A stretch of DNA of 48,586 nucleotides from a virus. Positions 8,345-16,472 of this stretch are shown in pieces. Numbering within the stretch: the first letter of the stretch is position 1; each line of letters begins with the position of its first letter. The translations under genes and the position numbers were made by a program. Where the stretch lies: IMG/VR virus record IMGVR_UViG_3300029915_000040; one strand, given 5' to 3'. The notes under the pieces were generated by a model that had not been told where the DNA came from, searched no databases, and saw only the letters and a list, made by a program, of their open reading frames with translations.

Positions 8345-10108
8345 CTACATCACATCTACAGATTGAAGTGTGAGCTTCTGGACTGCCCCGCCGTCAGTGA
8401 ACCAGAAATTCTGAATCGGAGTACCGCGTAAAGCGCGAATCTCTGGCCCTGGGTCAAGAATCTGCAAGTACCATCCCTGCGTCGAAATGGCAGATGCAAC
8501 CGGCTGACCTGCGGCCATGTTGATCTCTGCAATCTCCGCAGCCGACAGCGTTACTCCGGCCTTGATTGCTCCGAAGTTGATTGCGGCATTGATCGTGTCC
8601 AGCTTCGATGCCCGGAGCAGGCCGTATCCAGTTTCATCGTAGGGAACACTACCGACTTGCGTCAGAAGGTTCATGTCCGCAACCTGGAACTGATCGCACA
8701 GCCAGATCGAATTGATGAACGGGTCAATCCACTCCCACACTCCGGGGACTTGCCCAGGGGCGAAGAAGGACCACTGATTTGCCTTGCTGGCCCACGTTCC
8801 GTAGAAGTTGTACCCGTTGGCGACAAGATTGGTTTTCAGTTGGAGGTTATTCACTCCAACCGTCAGACCGGCTTGAGACTTGAACATGAACGTCACGCGC
8901 CCGTTGGCTTGGCTGAAATTTACCGAGGCAATCGCGCCAAGCAAAAACGCCGCATGAGTAAGCAGCAATTGCGCCAGCGTCATGCCCGCGTTGTAGGCCA
9001 GATTCGGGTCGCCTGAAATGCAGCATCCGCCGTTGTACGCGGCGACTGTGGCAAGATGGCCGAAGCAGGTAGTCGAACCCTGGATGAGAGCCTGTGCGTC
9101 AGTATCCCACCCGGCGTACTCGTATGGGTTGTATTCTTGCGCGTTGCTCCATGCAAAGAACGCCATCTTGTCAGCCGTGACCGGTTCCCACATCGTCGTG
9201 AATCCGCAAAAGTTCTGCGTGATAGCGACGACATTGTTCATCGCACTCGCCGGTGTATCAGCAACAGCGCCCGCCGAGACAATCGCACCCGTCGCTGAGG
9301 TAAAGCCAAGAGACGCGGCCAGCGTGCCCGTAGCGAACGCGGCGCTTGACGCCAGACCCGTGATGCCGGAAGTGATGATGAACGCGCTCTGCGTGCTGCT
9401 CCACGTCACCGTGACGGCAGTAGCATCGCCAGTCATAGATTCAGGCGTGGAAACTACTGCCGAGGTCGCGGAGAGAGAATACGTTCCGGCGCCGCCTGGA
9501 GTGGTGCCGGTCAACTGAGCGGTAATCACAGGAGAGTTGGTTACGCCAGAACCTACGATGGTCTGACCCACCGCAAACGATCCGGTAACTGTTCCGCCAA
9601 CCGTGAGCGTCGTCCCTGCGATTGTGCAGAGCGTTGCCGTCGCCTCAGCAGGAAGACTGGTATTCAGTCCGGTAGCGATGGCGCTGGCGACCTGCGATTG
9701 ACTCGTTAGGCCGGTAAACGTGAGGCCGGTAGCCGTCCGGCTGTAGCCGTCGATAACCACCGTCAACGTGCCGGTCAATGCTTGCCATGCCGCTTCCGTG
9801 AGAGATGCCAGATTGCCAGACTGCAACCATGCGGCCCGCGCAGTCAGATTGAAAGCCGCGAAGAGCATGGCACTCGGTACGGCTGTGCGACCGGTGTAGC
9901 CGGCGAAGTAGATCGGGGCCAGCGCCGCTTCCGCCGATGCCGCTCCGAAGAAGGATGCAACAGCCGCCGCACTCGCAAAGCTGTATACCTTCCCGGCTGG
10001 CATCAAAGGGTTCTGAGTCAGGAACAATCCGCTGAGCAGCGCATTGGAACCGGAGCTGCTAATCACGTTCGGAATTACGCCTACGATGTCGCTTGCCGGG
10101 ATGCTCAT
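8345..10108 (-). CDS. Tail sheath protein (DUF3383-like)
   Basis: I trimmed the track ORF to the ATG at 10108 (MSIPASDIVGVIPNV...), which makes an ATGA overlap with the upstream stop. 587 aa. The conserved C-terminal half contains GWYLQILDPGPEIRALRGTPIQNFWFTDGGAVQKL. Confidence 0.7.
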   Translation of the reverse strand: MSIPASDIVGVIPNVISSSGSNALLSGLFLTQNPLMPAGKVYSFASAAAVASFFGAASAEAALAPIYFAGYTGRTAVPSAMLFAAFNLTARAAWLQSGNLASLTEAAWQALTGTLTVVIDGYSRTATGLTFTGLTSQSQVASAIATGLNTSLPAEATATLCTIAGTTLTVGGTVTGSFAVGQTIVGSGVTNSPVITAQLTGTTPGGAGTYSLSATSAVVSTPESMTGDATAVTVTWSSTQSAFIITSGITGLASSAAFATGTLAASLGFTSATGAIVSAGAVADTPASAMNNVVAITQNFCGFTTMWEPVTADKMAFFAWSNAQEYNPYEYAGWDTDAQALIQGSTTCFGHLATVAAYNGGCCISGDPNLAYNAGMTLAQLLLTHAAFLLGAIASVNFSQANGRVTFMFKSQAGLTVGVNNLQLKTNLVANGYNFYGTWASKANQWSFFAPGQVPGVWEWIDPFINSIWLCDQFQVADMNLLTQVGSVPYDETGYGLLRASKLDTINAAINFGAIKAGVTLSAAEIAEINMAAGQPVASAISTQGWYLQILDPGPEIRALRGTPIQNFWFTDGGAVQKLTLQSVDVM

Positions 10109-10620
10109 AGAATCTCCTTGAAGATGTTCATGCTCAGCGCCGTGGCGCTCTGTTGAGGAACGATCACATTTGGATTGTATTGCAATGAAGCGGTAAGGGT
10201 CCAACGCTTTTCATATTGCTCTTCGCCGTTGACTAGAGGAGCCTGGTGGCCGTCAGAGCAATAGAGCGGTTGGATGTTCGCGGGAAATTGGGCAGTCGCA
10301 TAGGGAGTACGCCAGACGCCTTTAACAGCAGCGCAGTACTCGCCAGATGCAGTCCCGTAGAAATCAACTTGGATGTCGATACGCTTGGGCGAAAGATAAC
10401 CGACCTGCTGGTTTACCTTGTCATTTGTGCCCGTGGGAGTCTCAAGATCAACCTGAAGGATTTCCGTCAACTCAACGAAGGCAGAAACAGGCATCGGAAC
10501 GCGATTAACCTGCGCACGGACAATCTGCGTAGCACCCACAAATGGCTGGAGAAACGCGCCCAGGGCCTCGATTACCGTATCGACCGCGATAGAGGAAACG
10601 TACTCGACAGGGGCGCTCAT
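10105..10620 (-). CDS. Neck/tail-completion-like protein
   Basis: Trimmed to the ATG at 10620 (MSAPVEYVSS...), with ATGA overlaps at both ends. It lies just upstream of the sheath gene. Confidence 0.45.
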   Translation of the reverse strand: MSAPVEYVSSIAVDTVIEALGAFLQPFVGATQIVRAQVNRVPMPVSAFVELTEILQVDLETPTGTNDKVNQQVGYLSPKRIDIQVDFYGTASGEYCAAVKGVWRTPYATAQFPANIQPLYCSDGHQAPLVNGEEQYEKRWTLTASLQYNPNVIVPQQSATALSMNIFKEIL

Positions 10621-10988
10621 GCTGGCACCTGCATAACGAGGGCTGCGCGAGTCCAGAGCGGCCACTGCTCTAGGATTGCTACCGTAAGCCACGTATCGCT
10701 TCCGATAGTCACGAGATCGCCGCCTTTGGAATGCGCCCTCACAACAGCATCAAGTGAACCGCGCAGGATGATCGATTGCGTGGCGTCTTGGATGTTAAGG
10801 CCGTCAAGGTGCCGGAGGTCTGCCGCAGTCAAGGCTTGAACCTGTGCGAACCCAGTGACCGGCGTTCCATACGCGGGAACCTGCTTTAGGCCTGCGCCTA
10901 TAGCGTATCCGGTAGACGGAGACACCGTAACCGATATGTTTGGGTTCACTGTGTTCGTCGCACTGTTTGCAATGCCGCGCAAGTCCAT
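10617..10988 (-). CDS. Head-tail joining region protein (unknown family)
   Basis: Trimmed to the ATG at 10988 (MDLRGIANSATNTVNPN...), preceded by a G-rich RBS. 123 aa. Confidence 0.5.
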   Translation of the reverse strand: MDLRGIANSATNTVNPNISVTVSPSTGYAIGAGLKQVPAYGTPVTGFAQVQALTAADLRHLDGLNIQDATQSIILRGSLDAVVRAHSKGGDLVTIGSDTWLTVAILEQWPLWTRAALVMQVPA

Positions 10989-11002
10989 CAATACCCCCCC
11001 CT

Positions 11003-11030
11003 TTGACACATTGCGTAATGTGTGTATACT
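11003..11030 (+). promoter_or_regulatory. Sigma70-type promoter with an embedded operator-like palindrome, driving the plus-strand cassette
   Basis: TTGACA (11003..11008), a 16-nt spacer, then TATACT (11025..11030). The spacer holds the inverted repeat ACACATT-GCGT-AATGTGT. Confidence 0.5.
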
Positions 11031-11052
11031 GAAATTGAGGCAGATTTCTGAA

Positions 11053-11259
11053 ATGAGAATCGTTGAGGTTGTACCTGATCGTCCATGCGCTTGTGGCTCA
11101 CTAGATTTTGAATTGACCGGATGCGCTCAACTTGCAACCGTAGACAAATACAGCGCGTGCGTATGTTGCGGTTGCGGGCTGTCCTACGCTTTGGCAACCC
11201 CATTGCATCCCGGTAAGCCAAAGCGCCCCATTGCACATGTTGTAGAAATGGGCAAATGA
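11053..11259 (+). CDS. Small Cys-rich protein (68 aa), first gene of the opposite-strand cassette
   Basis: ATG at 11053 downstream of the promoter. Sequence MRIVEVVPDRPCACGSLDFELTGC...ACVCCGCG. ATGA overlap with the next ORF. Confidence 0.45.
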   Translation: MRIVEVVPDRPCACGSLDFELTGCAQLATVDKYSACVCCGCGLSYALATPLHPGKPKRPIAHVVEMGK

Positions 11260-11624
11260 ACGCAACCAAAGCAGCCCGCATTCTTCGCGCCGCGCAAACC
11301 AAACCGCCCCGCTCTCCCGTTCTACACGTATGCCCAAAGTGCGAAGCGGCAATTCTTGGAACACGCGCTTTCAGAGCACATAAACCCGAGTGCAGAAAGG
11401 AACACATGGCAGTTGATGAGAAGTTCATTATCCGAGGAATCAAAGCACAGTTGCTTGTACTTAGAAAGGGAATTCTCGCCAAAGGGAAAACTGTTCCCAG
11501 CGATGCCGTTTTGCGGCTAAAGATTTTCGACCAAGCCGATGAGAGCGGGTTACAGACGTGCGATGAATACCGCGTCCCGTTTTCCATTCTCGAAGGGTTC
11601 AAGCCGGGAGATGTGAACACGTAG
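11256..11624 (+). CDS. Hypothetical protein with a CxxC...HxxxxC zinc-finger-like motif (122 aa), second cassette gene
   Basis: Balanced, protein-like composition (HVCPKCEAAILGTRAFRAHKPEC; DEKFIIRGIKAQLLVLRKGILAKGK). Confidence 0.55.
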   Translation: MNATKAARILRAAQTKPPRSPVLHVCPKCEAAILGTRAFRAHKPECRKEHMAVDEKFIIRGIKAQLLVLRKGILAKGKTVPSDAVLRLKIFDQADESGLQTCDEYRVPFSILEGFKPGDVNT

Positions 11625-11781
11625 GTTTTTGAGTGTGAGTTCCTTCTGGGGCAGTCGTGCGTGGAAGCGTGTCCATCTATAGTGGACGCGGCCCATTTAC
11701 CACGGGGAACGGTTAAGCGCAGCCCATCACCGAAGATTGCAAGATAGGTGATGTTCCCCCGCTTAATTGAAGCTGCTCCAC

Positions 11782-12363
11782 TCATTTACGTTCCTCATAG
11801 TCTTGGGTTTTCGCGTTAAGCACCATCACCGCGCCAGAATTTACGCGGTATCCAGTGCTGTTAAGCATTTCGCCAGTCCAGATCAATGGCTTGGCCTGAG
11901 TTCCGCTAGCCATTCCAAGATTCTTTCTCCCTTTTACTACATCCGCTTGCGCTTGCAATACATCGCGGGCACGAATATTCTGGGGATTATTTTTGAACTT
12001 AAAGCGAAGCCGTAGGGTCGTAGGAGAAAGGGGAGGATCATTAGTATCGATGATGCTTTGCTTCAATGCGCCGTCAATTTCCTCTCCCATATACGCAAGG
12101 GTATGAGCGCCGTCAAAGTTGCTGGCCTTGAGTTCTTGCGCCATCATCTTCGGCCATTGCGGAGAATCCTTCGCTACCATCGTGCGAAAGAAAGGACGCG
12201 GAGGAGCAGGGAAGCGGCCCTTGTGCCCAAACTCATTCCAGAACGCAATTGGAGCCTGTTCGCTGTCGATGAAACCAATATCCACAGAGCCGTGTACCTT
12301 CTTTGCGATCTCTTTCAGCTTCGCAGCGACGGCATCGGACAGCAGGATGGTTTTAGCAGCCAC
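11782..12363 (-). CDS. Head-tail joining protein (HK97 gp10-like)
   Basis: Trimmed to the GTG at 12363, preceded by GAGGAA. The motif FWNEFGHKGRFPAPPRPFFRT is typical of the gp10 family. Confidence 0.6.
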   Translation of the reverse strand: MAAKTILLSDAVAAKLKEIAKKVHGSVDIGFIDSEQAPIAFWNEFGHKGRFPAPPRPFFRTMVAKDSPQWPKMMAQELKASNFDGAHTLAYMGEEIDGALKQSIIDTNDPPLSPTTLRLRFKFKNNPQNIRARDVLQAQADVVKGRKNLGMASGTQAKPLIWTGEMLNSTGYRVNSGAVMVLNAKTQDYEERK

Positions 12364-12523
12364 AGGATTCCTCGTCAAGGTAGATCGGCATGTACTCAAC
12401 CACATCGGGGCCGATATTCAATACGACTGCTGAAACGGTTGGCAGTTCCAGTTCCCCGTTCTCAATGCGCTCCAGATCGCGCTTCAATTCCGAAGCGTCC
12501 AATGAGAGCGTAACCGAGATCAT
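12353..12523 (-). CDS. Small hypothetical protein (56 aa)
   Basis: ATG at 12523 in an ATGA overlap with the upstream stop. Sequence MISVTLSLDASELKRDLERIENGELELP... Confidence 0.45.
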   Translation of the reverse strand: MISVTLSLDASELKRDLERIENGELELPTVSAVVLNIGPDVVEYMPIYLDEESCGC

Positions 12524-12978
12524 CGGCGCAACCACGGCGTGCCCGATGGCGTGCCTACAAAGCCCTCAACCTGAGTCGGCTGCGGGAAGTATCGCGCCCC
12601 GCGCAAGTTGGTTGTAGCCTGCCAAAAGGCAGACCCGTACTGGCTTTGCGCGAACCAAGGGCCGCTCCCAGGCGTTGCTGGAGTGTAATCGAAGGAAGCC
12701 CCCACTGCTCCCTCATTGGCTGCACTGACGCGCCCCACGGGCCGGGGCTGGCCATCTGCCGTCAGTACCCCGCCCAGGAATGCGATATGCGCAGTGAGCA
12801 TCTGGAGCAGAACGGTTCTGAGGCCAATATTCTGCACGATGCTGCAATCCGTGTTGTTAAGGTAAAGGCCCGCTTCGGAGAACAGGGAAGGAAACAGAGT
12901 CGGGTTGGCGTTGTACGCAGCCGTAAACTCAGGGTAGCGCCCAAGGAACTGCACCGGGTTGAATACGGCCACGCCCAT
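12520..12978 (-). CDS. Head-tail connector protein (DUF4054-like)
   Basis: 152-aa ORF. Motifs FLGRYPEFTAAY...LLQMLTAHIAFL fit the DUF4054 pattern. Confidence 0.55.
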   Translation of the reverse strand: MGVAVFNPVQFLGRYPEFTAAYNANPTLFPSLFSEAGLYLNNTDCSIVQNIGLRTVLLQMLTAHIAFLGGVLTADGQPRPVGRVSAANEGAVGASFDYTPATPGSGPWFAQSQYGSAFWQATTNLRGARYFPQPTQVEGFVGTPSGTPWLRR

Positions 12979-13338
12979 TTATTCCCTCACCGAATCAGGC
13001 TTCACGCCGCCAGCCGTCTTTGCCATCTGCTCGAAGCCGGTCTTTTCATTCTTGAGTTCCTTGGCTTTGGCTGAGGCTTCCTGCTCCGACTTTGCTTCAA
13101 ACACTGCGCGGGTCTTGAGCGACGGAAATCCAACGTATGCCGCCTTCCATGCCGCCCAGAACTCCGCATCCACTTCAGTCGTTGCAAACATCTTCGGAGG
13201 AAGATACAAGCCGCCTTCAGTCGGGGCGGAGAACGTGCCTGCGAGTTTTACGGTTTGATCGCGTTTCGTCGGATCGGGGTTGTGGAGAATCAAACCGTTT
13301 GGAAGCCTGCAACCGATGAGAATTGTTTCGCGTGCCAT
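12979..13338 (-). CDS. Hypothetical head-module protein
   Basis: 119-aa ORF in the head module with protein-like composition. Confidence 0.5.
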   Translation of the reverse strand: MARETILIGCRLPNGLILHNPDPTKRDQTVKLAGTFSAPTEGGLYLPPKMFATTEVDAEFWAAWKAAYVGFPSLKTRAVFEAKSEQEASAKAKELKNEKTGFEQMAKTAGGVKPDSVRE

Positions 13339-13347
13339 GTTTCCCTT

Positions 13348-14199
13348 TCAAGGAGCGGTGATTGCCGCGCTGAGGGGCACCGAAGTGCCCTCCTGTTGAA
13401 GTGCCTTTTCTCGGCTGTAACGAATACGCTGTGCAGCCGACATTTTCAACCTGACTTCTTCTGGCATCCCAGCCTCAAAACGATTGCGCTGAGATTGCGC
13501 CATTCTTGCCCGTACTTCTGGAGTGCAACGTTCACGCGCTGCAACCCGCATACGTGCTCTTGTCTCTTTGGAAATCTCTCGGCCCTGTTGAACCTGAGAC
13601 ATTTTCATTCGTGTCTCGGCTGTGTGATGATGCCCCGCAAAGTGCTTATTACCGAGCGGAGCGCCTGCGCCGACTTCTTTGAGTTTTGCCGAAATCTGCG
13701 CTCTCATTTCCGGCGTCATGCGCTCTTTCGCAGATGCCGATAACCTTGCGCATACTTCGGGAGAATGCTGGTGGCCGGGTTTGAAACCTGATCCGTTTGC
13801 TTTAGATGCAGCCGAAAGTCTAGCTCTCATCTCAGTTGTCATTCTCTTTTTTGTTCGTTCGGAATTACGCATATTTTCTTCAGGAGTAGCTTTTCTTCCG
13901 GATACCCCCTCACCGCCATCAGTGAGATTTCCTAGAATTCCTGTGCGATTATCCAAACGCCCATACTTGGCGATTTGACGCTTTTCCTCGGAGAAGGCGT
14001 CCTGCTCAGAAAGGTTTTGAGCAACAAAGATAATCATCGCTGGATTCTGCGGAGTCCGGATGCGATTATGTCTCATGTAGGCTCTCATGCCCCTTCCTTT
14101 GCCAACGTAGTACGGTGTTCCTGCTGCCCCGTGCTTCGTCGTATTCTCACGGATGTACAGATAAACGTAGAAGTTATCCATACATCCATGATACACCAA
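13348..14199 (-). CDS. Free-standing GIY-YIG homing endonuclease with about 8 NUMOD3-like repeats
   Basis: GIY-YIG motifs are FYVYLYIRE...TPYYVGKGRG...E. These are followed by repeated units of the form (T/S)xExRxKMSxAxxxR. The start may be the ATG at 14181. Confidence 0.8.
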   Translation of the reverse strand: MVYHGCMDNFYVYLYIRENTTKHGAAGTPYYVGKGRGMRAYMRHNRIRTPQNPAMIIFVAQNLSEQDAFSEEKRQIAKYGRLDNRTGILGNLTDGGEGVSGRKATPEENMRNSERTKKRMTTEMRARLSAASKANGSGFKPGHQHSPEVCARLSASAKERMTPEMRAQISAKLKEVGAGAPLGNKHFAGHHHTAETRMKMSQVQQGREISKETRARMRVAARERCTPEVRARMAQSQRNRFEAGMPEEVRLKMSAAQRIRYSREKALQQEGTSVPLSAAITAP

Positions 14200-14227
14200 A
14201 ACGACGCAATATCAAGCAAAAGAAAAC

Positions 14228-15274
14228 CTAAACCCCAAGTAATGAAGAGATTAGGAATGGGCGGTATAAGACGCACCCCCACGTGCCCTGGCTTTGCTTC
14301 TGCTTGAAGCTGGACAGATCGATCTTGACCGGATGTGCACGTAGCTTCTCAGTGAACGCCGTGGTGGCCGTGCGCTGCCCCTGCACTTCGTCCGCGATCA
14401 ACTGCACCAGTTCGCCAGAGGCGGTGTGGTATTCCGGCGCCGTCTCGATCTTCATCTTCGGGAAGTTCTTCTTGAGCATGTCCTGCACATTGACGTTGTA
14501 AGTGTTCGTCAAGGTCAGATACACCTGAGCCTCGGGCGACATTGCCAGCGTCAGCGGAGAGTCCATGTCAAGATCGACAAGGCCATTCGCTTGGGAGACA
14601 AGCTGCCCATATAGCGCCTTGATGTCGTTGTAGACATAGATTGCGCCGTTCGGGTCAGTGGCCTTCTGTGCCCACGTCACCAGCCCGCCAGCCGAGATCG
14701 GCGCGATGGGAGCGGAGAGCGACGGGTCGTTGAGCAGGCCATAGTTCGCCAGCCCAGCGACACCTAAGAAGTAGCTCTTGTTCTGAAACTTGTTCAGCGT
14801 CAGAACCGAAGCGATCCTCTGCCGGTTGGCCCAGTCGATACGCGCGAGGCCCATCTTGTCGAGTTCGCGCTCTCCCCACTGAGTGATGACCTGGTAGGTG
14901 TACGACTGGCGCTGCACCCAGTTCACGTTCGCGCCGGCGATGCCCGTCTCGGAATAGTCGCCATACGAGGAAACCATGCCGGTCGATTCAACGATGGGGA
15001 ACATTGCAGTCTCCAGCGTCCAATCGCCCTTCTTGGTCTCTTCGCCAACGATCTCCGTCGCCTTCATCGGGGCCACAAGGACTTCAATCACCTTGGGGTC
15101 GATGTAGGTTGACAGAAACGCAGGGATGCCGCTGTTCGAGACCGTGACCAACTGGGGCTGAGCATCCATCGCCAGCAAGCCGCCACGCTCCTTTTCGGTC
15201 TGCTGCAACTGGGCATCCACGCCCATGAAATGAACGCCCCATTTCCGCGATACTGCTTCAAGATTGCGATCCAT
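14228..15274 (-). CDS. Major capsid protein (DUF2184-type, HK97 fold)
   Basis: 348-aa ORF with an AAGGAG RBS. It is conserved along its length and sits after the scaffold-like and decoration-like genes. Confidence 0.7.
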   Translation of the reverse strand: MDRNLEAVSRKWGVHFMGVDAQLQQTEKERGGLLAMDAQPQLVTVSNSGIPAFLSTYIDPKVIEVLVAPMKATEIVGEETKKGDWTLETAMFPIVESTGMVSSYGDYSETGIAGANVNWVQRQSYTYQVITQWGERELDKMGLARIDWANRQRIASVLTLNKFQNKSYFLGVAGLANYGLLNDPSLSAPIAPISAGGLVTWAQKATDPNGAIYVYNDIKALYGQLVSQANGLVDLDMDSPLTLAMSPEAQVYLTLTNTYNVNVQDMLKKNFPKMKIETAPEYHTASGELVQLIADEVQGQRTATTAFTEKLRAHPVKIDLSSFKQKQSQGTWGCVLYRPFLISSLLGV

Positions 15275-15283
15275 GACGGCTCC

Positions 15284-16462
15284 TTAATTTCCCTGCGTTG
15301 AAATCTGCACGAGTTCGCCAACTGCGGCGACAGACTTGGCAGTGAACTTCGTGATAATGCCCTGGGCGGTGATAACGATCGTTCCAGAGGCAGTGTAAGC
15401 GGTTCCGGGGATGTTGAGGCTGTAGAGTCCAACCCCGCCATAGGTGCCGCTAATGAACCCGGCAATACTTGCGCCAGCCGGGATGCCGCCAGTGGCCGTG
15501 ATGGGCATTCCAACAGCGAGAGTACCAGTCACAGCGGTCACGTCCAGCACGGTACCGAAGGTGGTCATGCCGGCCGCACTCGCCACGTAGCTGGTACCGC
15601 GAACGCTGATGGTATAGACGCCCGCCGTTGCTACGCCGCCGCCACTGACAATGCCGGTCACAGTCGCACCAGCCGGGAATCCAATCGCTGCGGAAGCGAT
15701 GCTCTCGCCAACCGAGACCAGGCCCGTCGATGCGGTGATCTTGACCACATTGCCAAAGCAGGTGCAGGTGACCGCGCTGGCCGTGTTCGTACCGCTCAGC
15801 ACATAAGTTCCCGCGCCGCCCGTTGTACCGCCCGAGTCCTGCGAGACGATGGTCTGATTCCCAGCGATGCCCGTCACATTGCCAACCGTGTCGCCGATGC
15901 TAATCAGCCCGGTAACAGCGGTTACGTCGATGCGGGTATTGTCGCCCGCATGAGCGCTGGCCGTAAACGTCGCGCCGAGAGCGCCGGTGTTTGTTGAACC
16001 GAGAGTCGCGGTGATTCCCGAAGGAACAACAGGCAACGACCCAACGCCCGGAAGAACCGATCCGTCCGCATACAGCGCATAGATGGCTTCGCCCACAGTG
16101 CTGGAACTTGTACCTGCGTTATTGGCCAGGAAGTCGCCAGCGACCATCAGCGTCACAGCGAATCCCGGAGGAATGACCGATCCCGCAGCCTGCAAATACT
16201 GAGTCAGAAGACCCTGCTGGTTGCGGTGAATGAAACCGGAAGGGGCAACGCCCGACTCGCCGAAACTGTTGACCGTGCGACCGTCCGGAGCGATCCATGC
16301 GAACTTGCCGACAGTAACGCCACCGGGACCGGCGATGAGTGCGCCACTATCAGGAGTGAGCGCGGTGGCACGAGGGTTCGCGCTTGCGAAATCACCTGCT
16401 ACACCCCAAGGGTTGTTCAGGTTGACTCGCGTCTGAAAACTACCAATCAAAGGGCTTCCCAT
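15284..16462 (-). CDS. Head decoration/structural protein with repeated Gly/Thr-rich beta modules
   Basis: 392-aa ORF between the scaffold-like and capsid genes. It has internal repeats of about 60 aa (VTAVTG.L.VG...G.Y.LS). Confidence 0.5.
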   Translation of the reverse strand: MGSPLIGSFQTRVNLNNPWGVAGDFASANPRATALTPDSGALIAGPGGVTVGKFAWIAPDGRTVNSFGESGVAPSGFIHRNQQGLLTQYLQAAGSVIPPGFAVTLMVAGDFLANNAGTSSSTVGEAIYALYADGSVLPGVGSLPVVPSGITATLGSTNTGALGATFTASAHAGDNTRIDVTAVTGLISIGDTVGNVTGIAGNQTIVSQDSGGTTGGAGTYVLSGTNTASAVTCTCFGNVVKITASTGLVSVGESIASAAIGFPAGATVTGIVSGGGVATAGVYTISVRGTSYVASAAGMTTFGTVLDVTAVTGTLAVGMPITATGGIPAGASIAGFISGTYGGVGLYSLNIPGTAYTASGTIVITAQGIITKFTAKSVAAVGELVQISTQGN

Positions 16463-16472
16463 ATTCGTCTCC

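Larger units (their letters stand above)
10988..11785 (-). other. 265-codon stop-free frame antisense to a plus-strand cassette (bridging ORF; protein function doubtful)
   Basis: Its ATG overlaps the upstream stop (ATGA at 11782..11785) and its TGA overlaps the downstream ATG (TGATG at 10986..10990). The composition is Arg/Ser/Cys-rich and poor in acidic residues, as in a non-coding frame. It spans two plus-strand ORFs that lie in different frames. Confidence 0.35.

Noticed and set aside
10855-11052. N-terminal extension of track ORF 10855..11259 (134 aa)
   Set aside because: The first 66 codons run antisense through the 10617..10988 gene and across the promoter. The ATG at 11053, downstream of the TTGACA/TATACT promoter, is the plausible start.
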